A program made the position numbers and the translations under genes. The notes beneath the pieces were generated by a model. The model saw nothing but the letters and a program-made list of their open reading frames with translations. It was not told the DNA's origin and did no database searches. This document shows, piece after piece, positions 1 through 7,151 of a stretch of DNA of 21,819 nucleotides (its first letter is position 1; each line of letters opens with the position of its first letter). Origin of the DNA: Campylobacterota bacterium (GTDB lineage: Bacteria > Campylobacterota > Campylobacteria > Campylobacterales > Sulfurimonadaceae); NCBI GenBank assembly GCA_034717975.1, contig JAYEMF010000024.1, forward strand, positions 1-21,819, in the 5' to 3' direction.

Positions 1-15
1 TTACAAAGACAGAAA

Positions 16-489
16 ATGCAATTAACCCATTTGGATGAAAAAGACCGACCAAAAATGGTCGATGTTTCCGAGAAACAAGAGACAACCCGAGTAGCCGTTG
101 CAAGCGGTATTATTGAGATGAGCCCGGACGCCTTTGGTTCCATCGTCAATGAGACTAACAAAAAAGGGCCGGTCCTTCAGACTGCCGTGATCGCTGCCAT
201 TATGGGCACGAAGAAAACAAGTGATCTCATTCCGATGTGCCATCCGCTCAACCTCAGCGGCATCAACTGTGATGTTGATGAGCTCCATGACCTGCCCGGT
301 TTTAAACTGACCGTTACGGCCAAGCTTACCGGTCAGACCGGTGTTGAGATGGAAGCACTGACCGGTGTGAGTATCGGTCTGCTGACTATCTACGATATGG
401 CCAAAGCGATCGACAAAGGGATGGTCATCCGCAATGTCCAGCTGGAGTCCAAAGAAGGGGGTAAAAGTGGTCAATATAAACGAAATTGA
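16..489 (+). CDS. moaC: cyclic pyranopterin monophosphate synthase MoaC
   Basis: 157 aa; LTHLD..MVDVSEK N-terminus, [23 protein letters not shown] and KEGGKSG motifs typical of MoaC. Confidence 0.97.
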   Translation: MQLTHLDEKDRPKMVDVSEKQETTRVAVASGIIEMSPDAFGSIVNETNKKGPVLQTAVIAAIMGTKKTSDLIPMCHPLNLSGINCDVDELHDLPGFKLTVTAKLTGQTGVEMEALTGVSIGLLTIYDMAKAIDKGMVIRNVQLESKEGGKSGQYKRN

Positions 490-736
490 TCAGAAGCTTG
501 AGCTTGAGTATCCATGCGAATGGCGCTATAAAGTGATTGGCCAGGATATTGAAGTGATCAAAAGTGCAGTAAAAGATGTCATTCTGGAACGTGAACACAA
601 AATTGACTTCTCAAATGCAAGCTGCAGCGGTAAATACTGCAGTATGAATCTGGACCTGCTGGTGCAAAACGAAGATGAACGCCAGTTTATCTACGAAGCG
701 CTAAAAGCACATCAACACATCAAAATGGTTCTATAG
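467..736 (+). CDS. DUF493/YbeD (HP0495)-like protein
   Basis: [13 protein letters not shown]...SCSGKYCS...[15 protein letters not shown] pattern; GTG start at 467 chosen for the purine-rich RBS (GAAGGGG) upstream; overlaps the moaC end. Confidence 0.85.
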   Translation: MVNINEIDQKLELEYPCEWRYKVIGQDIEVIKSAVKDVILEREHKIDFSNASCSGKYCSMNLDLLVQNEDERQFIYEALKAHQHIKMVL

Positions 737-816
737 ATTAAACACGTTACTTGAACGAAGTCCAAGTAACTGCGCTAGCCTCTTCCGAGGAAGAAAACTT
801 AATCAAGGTGTATAAA

Positions 817-1860
817 ATGGATTTAGAAAAATTTGAACGTGACATTACGGCCAAATATGCCAAAAAACGCAGTACCGATCTTGACAAGAAAGTAAGTACG
901 CTCTTTGATCACATCAGAAAAGAGTGGGAAGTGGAAGTCGATGATCTGACTCAGGCCGAGCTAAAAGTTGTTGCTACCGCTGTTGTCAATACAGAGACCA
1001 AACAGCTTCACGATGAAGTGCAGGCGATCCTGGCTGAAAAAGAGCGGATCGAACGTGAACTTGACCGAAAACGTGATACCTTGCAAAAGAGTAAATACCA
1101 AACCTTTGATGCCATCGAACATGCCTTTGGTGAAGAGCCCTCACCTCAGATACTGGCCAAACTTCACTATGTCAAACTTCAATCCATCGACCTCTTTGAT
1201 ATGCTCGAAGAGATGGTCGAATCAGCTATTATCACCACCCTTGAAAAAGGGCACGATATCGAAGAGACGATTGAAGAGATTATCAAAGATATTACCTACG
1301 AGACCCTGAGTGAAGGGCCACTAAGCAGTATCCGTATCCGCAAAGTGATCGCTTCAATTGTCAGTACAGCAACCGGAATGGCCGATGCGACACCCAACCG
1401 TGCCGAAATGATCCTTCGCGGCACCCTGCTTGGTATCCGTCTGGGACTGACAAACTTTATCGGTAAGTTTAAAAAACAGCTCCTCTATATGCCGGAAGAG
1501 ACAAAAGCACAGCTGACCGATGGGTTTGAATCACTTCAGGATGAACTGCAGCACGCCGATACACTCTTTACCCAGATCGTGCAAAATGTCGCAGAGAACA
1601 GTTCGAGTGACTCCAAGACAATGCTGAAAAAAATCACTACAGATATCCAGTATGATCTTCAAGAGCTCCTGCAGATCTCCAAAGAGACAGTCGAGATCAT
1701 GCGCAGTCATCTCTCAGACGTCTTCAAGCACAGCAACAAGGTCCTGGCATCTGAGCGTGCCCAAGAAGCCAAACGTATTGGAATTCAGGCGTGGGGTGCT
1801 GCTAAAACAGCAGTCAGCAGTGCCATTAAAACAGCGAAAGATAAAATCGATAAGACTTAG
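817..1860 (+). CDS. hypothetical alpha-helical/coiled-coil protein
   Basis: Long ORF (track 751..1860); ATG at 817 follows AAGGTG; E/K/L-rich, no catalytic motif recognised. Confidence 0.8.
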   Translation: MDLEKFERDITAKYAKKRSTDLDKKVSTLFDHIRKEWEVEVDDLTQAELKVVATAVVNTETKQLHDEVQAILAEKERIERELDRKRDTLQKSKYQTFDAIEHAFGEEPSPQILAKLHYVKLQSIDLFDMLEEMVESAIITTLEKGHDIEETIEEIIKDITYETLSEGPLSSIRIRKVIASIVSTATGMADATPNRAEMILRGTLLGIRLGLTNFIGKFKKQLLYMPEETKAQLTDGFESLQDELQHADTLFTQIVQNVAENSSSDSKTMLKKITTDIQYDLQELLQISKETVEIMRSHLSDVFKHSNKVLASERAQEAKRIGIQAWGAAKTAVSSAIKTAKDKIDKT

Positions 1861-1879
1861 TTAAATTAAATCTTTTTCT

Positions 1880-2188
1880 CTTCTTTCTTTTTTTGGCACA
1901 AAAAATGAAAGAAGCAAAGAAAAAAACATTTTTTTTACTGCTCGGGAAGGCTACTGGTTAAATCGTATAGAATGGGTTGGGGTCTGAGCAGTCTCTACTG
2001 TCTTTGTATTTGGCTGACTTTTGAGTTTTAATGGCATCACAGCAACAACGTCTGTAGTTGCATAGGCCATGACACTGACTGTCAGCCTGATATTTTTGCA
2101 GCACTTCTAACTGACTGAATCCGCGGAGCCTGTGGTAGCCTTTTCTTTTTGGTTACTTTTTCTTTGGCGACGACAAAGAAAAAGTAAC
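1880..2188. repeat. ~310-bp hairpin-bounded intergenic element between convergent genes (MITE-like; may also act as terminator)
   Basis: 16-bp stem with one mismatch at 1880-1914; perfect 15-bp stem GTTACTTTTTCTTTG/CAAAGAAAAAGTAAC at 2152-2188; inner inverted pair AAGGCTAC (1947-1954)/GTAGCCTT (2135-2142). Confidence 0.6.
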
Positions 2189-2210
2189 ATCCTGGGTTTA
2201 AAAAGTATCT

Positions 2211-2477
2211 TTAAAATCGGTTAGTATGTACTGTGGATGCAGAGTCACACTCCATCAGCATACTGGCTGCTTCAACATTAAGCTGCCTGGCTGAACGTTT
2301 AAACCAGAAAGTTGCTTTCTCAGTGTTGCGTTCTACAAAATCACCACGGTAATACATCAACCCGATCATAAACTGTGCCTCATCATTACCATCTTCTGCA
2401 AGGCCGATCAAAGCATTATATGCCGCTTCGATCTCATTATCATTATAAAGTGCGATCCCCTCTTCGAATGTTGCCAT
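2211..2477 (-). CDS. Sel1/TPR repeat protein
   Basis: AQFMIGLMYYRGDFVERNTEKATFWFKRSA Sel1 consensus; ATG overlaps the upstream stop (TGATG); alternative GTG at 2480. Confidence 0.85.
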   Translation of the reverse strand: MATFEEGIALYNDNEIEAAYNALIGLAEDGNDEAQFMIGLMYYRGDFVERNTEKATFWFKRSARQLNVEAASMLMECDSASTVHTNRF

Positions 2478-3556
2478 CACATATCCTTTGCCAGGGTAAA
2501 CATATCACCAAAATCATCTTTGAAAGTTTTACAGCGGTCACAGATCGGATCTCCGCCACGATACGGGTAGGGACATCGGCACTCATGGCACTGCACCATC
2601 TCATAGTGTACCAGCTGTTCACTGCGGTCATAAACGATGTTGATCAGGTCAAAATTCTCTTCGCTCACCACTGCATCGGTTTTACAGATATGGTTACAGA
2701 TGCCGCACCCTACACACTGCCCGGAGGTAAATACGATACCCTGTTTATCCTGAGTTGCGTTTAGGGCATGTGTCGGACAGAACTGAACACACTCCCCGCA
2801 GTTTGTACACGCTTCAAATATGATCGACTTGTTGAAAAAAAGCGGACTGCTCTCTTCAAAACGTGTTGTCGTAAAGCTGCTCATATTCTCTTTCAGCGCA
2901 TTTTTCAGCAGAAGATATTTGAGAGGCAGATCAGTGTCGATACGCTGCAGGTTTTGTACGGTAACAGCAATAGTTTCCTCCTCCTCTGCGACGCTCTCTT
3001 TGGCTTTATCGAACGCTTTTCTAAAGAGGACACGACGGGCATTCTCCTCCTCTCTCTCTTCAATCGTCTCTATCTCGGCTTCGTATCCGATCTTCTCCAT
3101 AAAGGTATTGGCAGTCGCAATTTTTTGGCGGATCCGTGTCTCGACTTTCTCCTCTTTGTTGATCGGACACTCTGCACAGTGTGACATATCGCATACCGGT
3201 GCATTTTCAGCTCGCAGTGCCATCGTAATGTAGTGCTGTGCATCAAATACACCAAGACAGGCACTATCTTTTTTACAGGAGATCATAGATTCCTCTTTCT
3301 CTTTGAAGGTCATAGTGTAGGAATTTGGATCAAAATTTTCAATACTTAGCGCTTCGGTCGGACAGCTGCCTATACAGCCGGCACACTCAATACACTCATT
3401 ATCAAAGAGCGTCAGTTTGTTACGGACAATATGAAAAGCACCTTCGGGGCAGAGGTCAACACAGATTGAACACTCATTGTGATAATAGGCATTTCGAAGG
3501 CACTCAGTCGCGTTAAATGAAAAAAGATTGGTTTTTTGAACGAAATTAAGACTCAT
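2477..3556 (-). CDS. polyferredoxin (multiple 4Fe-4S motifs), cytoplasmic
   Basis: CSICVDLCP, CIECAGCIGSCP, CTNCGECVQFCP, CVGCGICNHIC plus extra Cys groups (CDMSHCAEC; CHECRC..CDRC); no signal peptide; ATG at 3556 after GAGGAAAGAG. Confidence 0.9.
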   Translation of the reverse strand: MSLNFVQKTNLFSFNATECLRNAYYHNECSICVDLCPEGAFHIVRNKLTLFDNECIECAGCIGSCPTEALSIENFDPNSYTMTFKEKEESMISCKKDSACLGVFDAQHYITMALRAENAPVCDMSHCAECPINKEEKVETRIRQKIATANTFMEKIGYEAEIETIEEREEENARRVLFRKAFDKAKESVAEEEETIAVTVQNLQRIDTDLPLKYLLLKNALKENMSSFTTTRFEESSPLFFNKSIIFEACTNCGECVQFCPTHALNATQDKQGIVFTSGQCVGCGICNHICKTDAVVSEENFDLINIVYDRSEQLVHYEMVQCHECRCPYPYRGGDPICDRCKTFKDDFGDMFTLAKDM

Positions 3557-4121
3557 TTTCTTCTCTTTCCTCATTGAGCAGCTCATACTCAGCACTCATA
3601 AATTCAGTGATAAAATCACATATATCACGGTAAAAAGGCGACTCCGACATTGAACGCATACCCAACATATATGGGATAACCCAGTTCATCAGGTGCTGAT
3701 CCAGAAATTCGAACTGCGCTTTTGTCTCGTCTGTGTGGATAAGCGTCTGCATAAAGGCGAATTCGATGGAGAGGTGATCGGGCGCCATAATAGCGGTCTG
3801 ATCCATATTGACTTCAAAACCGTGATTGAAATAGAAGGCCATTACCGGATTTTGCAGTCCCACCAGTGTCTCGTTTTTGGCATCAAGGACAAAGGACTCT
3901 ATCGGCTGAGTATTTAACACGAACATCGATGAGTAATCGGTATTGAGCACATCATAGATAGTGTCAACATCATTTGACTCAAACCACGCTTTTGTATCCT
4001 CACCGATCATCTCCAGTATATCGCTGTTGGCTCTGAGATCGGCTATATAACGTTTGTCCGGTATATCACTCAGTGTACGGGATAAAAAGGCGTAGATATG
4101 TTTTCTGTATTCATTATCCAT
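3546..4121 (-). CDS. TorD/DmsD family redox enzyme maturation chaperone
   Basis: PDHLSIEFAFM motif, FLDQHLMNW and FY motifs; ~190 aa; located in the molybdoenzyme operon. Confidence 0.92.
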   Translation of the reverse strand: MDNEYRKHIYAFLSRTLSDIPDKRYIADLRANSDILEMIGEDTKAWFESNDVDTIYDVLNTDYSSMFVLNTQPIESFVLDAKNETLVGLQNPVMAFYFNHGFEVNMDQTAIMAPDHLSIEFAFMQTLIHTDETKAQFEFLDQHLMNWVIPYMLGMRSMSESPFYRDICDFITEFMSAEYELLNEEREENES

Positions 4122-4126
4122 TTGAG

Positions 4127-4573
4127 CTATAGACAACCTTTAAAGAAAGACTTTTTTGGTGGCGGCGGAGCTTCAAACGTTTGTACAGTAATTGTCTGTG
4201 TCGCGGCATCATACTCACCAGTGATTGATACAGCGTTACGGTTAACGCCGGCATCAAAGACCGAACGGGGAACGGCAGCAGTATCCAGTTTATAGATAAC
4301 GCCGTCATCATGGGAAAAAAGAACCAGCTGTGTCTCATTATCGACACCCGGCTCAGTTTTAAGATTACAGAAATCCTCCCCACACACATAATTTTCCATA
4401 TAACAGTCAGTAAATGCACCCTGTTTGGCACAGTTTTCTGTTGTCAGAAAGCCCTCTTTTTCAAAAGTACCTTCATTAGCAAATGCCGCAGTGACAAGTG
4501 CCAAAACGGTTAGTGCGAACTTTTTAAGAAAATCATTTAGTGATTTTTCCCACTGAATTTTAATTCTTGTCAT
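4127..4573 (-). CDS. small exported hypothetical protein
   Basis: TAATG overlap with the gamma subunit gene, GGAGG RBS; Sec-like signal KKFALTVLALVTAAFA; four Cys clustered in the mature N-terminus. Confidence 0.8.
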   Translation of the reverse strand: MTRIKIQWEKSLNDFLKKFALTVLALVTAAFANEGTFEKEGFLTTENCAKQGAFTDCYMENYVCGEDFCNLKTEPGVDNETQLVLFSHDDGVIYKLDTAAVPRSVFDAGVNRNAVSITGEYDAATQTITVQTFEAPPPPKKSFFKGCL

Positions 4574-5802
4574 TATTCTACCTCCGCTTTCAAAGTCTGA
4601 AGATAGGCAACGATGTCATTCAACGTTTCATCATCCAACCAGCTATAGTCAGTCATCGTTGAAGTACGTTTGCCATTCTCTTCCGTATACCACATATAGT
4701 TACTGTGGGCATTACGGTTATAGCCAGGTACGACAACAGCCGAAGGAGCTTTCAACGACTCACGAAGGTAAGCAGCTGTATTGTAACCACCGATGTTGCT
4801 AAGCGTAGGTCCCATAAGGTTAGGTGCATCTGTCTCTTCTACCTGGTGACAACCCACACATCCGTTCACGGCTACTGCCTCTTTACCTTTGGCAGCATCA
4901 CCAGATGCTTTCTCAGCAAGTGCCGTAATCAATGCTTCGCCGCCAGGTTTGCCATCTAGTTTGACTGAAACCCATTGTGAGATATTTTTAATACCGTCAC
5001 GTCCAAGTTTCTCACCATCCCATACCGCGAATGCAACCGGAACCGCACCACTGTCCAGATTGGCATACTCATCTTGCAATGGACGGCTGAGTGTGCCCAT
5101 CCAGCTGCCCGCTTTATATCCAAGTCGGGCATGAGAGTCGCTTGAGCTATCTTTGATCTCAGTCATAGAGCGGAAACCTTCACTTATAAAGGTACGTTCA
5201 TAATCATTGCTGCCAAGGTTTTTGACTTTTCTATCGAAGGTTGCAAGATCGTCACCAAACAGTTCTGTCTGATTACGATTGAGCTGATAGTAAACATTGC
5301 CATCGCCATTTGATTCAAAAACGCCTTGAGCAGCTTTTTGAAGATGAACGACTACCGGACGGCCTTCACTACCCATGCCGATGTAAGGGAGTCTCTCTAC
5401 ATCGCTGCCATCAGCTGCAAACTGAACAGCAAAACCGTCGGAATACTGATCAGACTTATAACTAGTTAGCAGTTTTTCAGGGTTATATGTCTGAATATTC
5501 ATTGTAGCGTCAGCCCATTTGATCATAAATGCAATGTCCGTACCATTATAGACTGCTGCCACTTCGGCTTTTTTAGCTTTGTTATTGGCGTTGATCTCGT
5601 TAGCTTTCTTGTCATTTTGCCTGATCGTTGTCTGCGGGTATAGAACGACATCTGAAAATTTGGTATTTGCCCAGATCTTAGAACTGTATGAAATACGGCT
5701 CAGATCAGCATCGACTTTACTCGCTGTAATAGCGGCATCAGCTGCCATCACAGAGGTTGCTACAACACCGGCTGCAATAATTGAACTGGCTGCTTTTTTC
5801 AT
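4573..5802 (-). CDS. type II DMSO reductase family gamma subunit: EbdC/SerC-like heme b domain fused to a C-terminal cytochrome c
   Basis: Sec-like signal; DGFAVQF, PYIGMG (candidate Met ligand), VAFAVWDG..RDGIK (candidate Lys ligand); CVGCH heme c motif and distal Met (STMTDY). Confidence 0.88.
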   Translation of the reverse strand: MKKAASSIIAAGVVATSVMAADAAITASKVDADLSRISYSSKIWANTKFSDVVLYPQTTIRQNDKKANEINANNKAKKAEVAAVYNGTDIAFMIKWADATMNIQTYNPEKLLTSYKSDQYSDGFAVQFAADGSDVERLPYIGMGSEGRPVVVHLQKAAQGVFESNGDGNVYYQLNRNQTELFGDDLATFDRKVKNLGSNDYERTFISEGFRSMTEIKDSSSDSHARLGYKAGSWMGTLSRPLQDEYANLDSGAVPVAFAVWDGEKLGRDGIKNISQWVSVKLDGKPGGEALITALAEKASGDAAKGKEAVAVNGCVGCHQVEETDAPNLMGPTLSNIGGYNTAAYLRESLKAPSAVVVPGYNRNAHSNYMWYTEENGKRTSTMTDYSWLDDETLNDIVAYLQTLKAEVE

Positions 5803-6929
5803 CAGTGATCTCCTTCTGCCGTAAAATCACCACCCTGGAAGAATTTCATCTCATGAGCAGGTTTTGTATGTTTACCCGCAGCGTAACGTGTATCTAACGG
5901 AGCCAATGGCGTTTGAGCATTCTCTTTGGCTACCTGGCTGTAATAGTTATTATCCAGACGGAACATATCAGAGTGTTGGTAAGCGATCAGGATATCCATC
6001 AATTCACTTTCACCGGTCTCTTTCCGTTTTTTCATCTCAGCTTTCAACGTTTTGATCGCCCGATGCACATCTGGTCCGAACAGCTTTTCAAGCTCTTCCA
6101 CCGGAATACGCGTAGAGCCTTCTATGATCTTACCGTTGGCATCAAACTTTGCCGGAGACTCGGTCGGCGGTACATAGTAAACATTCGGCTGTGTGCCGTA
6201 CTCAGTGCGAAGACCCAGTGCCACTTTATATTTGTGTACCAGTTTATGAACCTGCCCCTCCTCGTCATCAAGAAATCCGACAAAACGGATACGGCCGACA
6301 CACTGTTGTGCACATGCCGGTGGAAGACCCTGCTCAACACGGGGGAAACATAAGATACATTTCTCAGACTTCGAGATCTTCGGATTGAAGTAGATCTTTT
6401 TGTAAGGACATCCCGCAATACAGTAGCGGTAACCCTGACAACGATCCAGATCAACCAGGACAACACCGTCTTGTTCACGCTTGAAGATCGCATCACGAGG
6501 ACACGCACTCAAACAGCCCGGATTCGTACAGTGGTTACAGATACGTGGCAGGTAGAAGAAGTAGTTGTCCTCTGGAAACAGACCGGCACCCTCGTCTTCA
6601 TCCCAGTTTGGTCCCCAGGTCGGCTCCACGTTTGGCTCAAAGCTTCCGCCTGTAGCCAGTTCATCGTAGTTATAATCCCAAGGCACACCGTACTCTGCTT
6701 CAAGATTAGGAATCACACCCGGCTGAAGGTCACCGGCAGCGTCAAAACCGCCGCCAAGCTCCATCCAGTTTTTCGGGTAACCAACACCCGGATAGGTTTC
6801 GACATTGTTCCAGTACATATATTCGCGGCCATTGCGATTGGTCCATTGCGTCTTGCATGCGACAGTACAAGTCTGGCACCCGATACATTTGTTCAGGTCC
6901 ATTACCATTGCTAATTGTCTTTTTGACAT
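5802..6929 (-). CDS. type II DMSO reductase family iron-sulfur beta subunit (NarH/SerB/EbdB-like)
   Basis: MVMDLNKCIGCQTCTVACK, WNNVET, PRICNHCTNPGCLSACP, CQGYRYCIAGCPYKK (3Fe-4S type), EKCILCFPR..C..CVGRIR. Confidence 0.96.
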   Translation of the reverse strand: MSKRQLAMVMDLNKCIGCQTCTVACKTQWTNRNGREYMYWNNVETYPGVGYPKNWMELGGGFDAAGDLQPGVIPNLEAEYGVPWDYNYDELATGGSFEPNVEPTWGPNWDEDEGAGLFPEDNYFFYLPRICNHCTNPGCLSACPRDAIFKREQDGVVLVDLDRCQGYRYCIAGCPYKKIYFNPKISKSEKCILCFPRVEQGLPPACAQQCVGRIRFVGFLDDEEGQVHKLVHKYKVALGLRTEYGTQPNVYYVPPTESPAKFDANGKIIEGSTRIPVEELEKLFGPDVHRAIKTLKAEMKKRKETGESELMDILIAYQHSDMFRLDNNYYSQVAKENAQTPLAPLDTRYAAGKHTKPAHEMKFFQGGDFTAEGDH

Positions 6930-6956
6930 CTACGTTCCTTGATTGAATGTCTCCTC

Positions 6957-7144
6957 GAGAAGGAACAAAGTCCCTTCTCAATTCCTCTCACTTCTACTTT
7001 AAAAAGTGATGCCAATAAATCACTAAATGATTTATGGTAAAAGCACAAAAACGCTTTCGGCGTTTCCGGCGTAATTTCTCATCGCTTGCGATGTAGCTTC
7101 AGTGCCACAGCGGCCAGCGAAGGTGCCGGGCTTTGCTCGGCACC
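6957..7144. repeat. multi-hairpin REP/REPIN-like element between the alpha and beta genes
   Basis: Hairpins at 6957-6979, 7015-7035, 7049-7065, 7080-7093 and 7122-7144 inside a 222-bp spacer. Confidence 0.6.
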
Positions 7145-7151
7145 GGACCAA

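Noticed and set aside
5802..5804. Selenocysteine read-through at TGA stops (also 2477-2479 and 12109-12111)
   Set aside because: Each TGA overlaps the next gene's ATG and the proteins look complete; no Cys-equivalent position is interrupted
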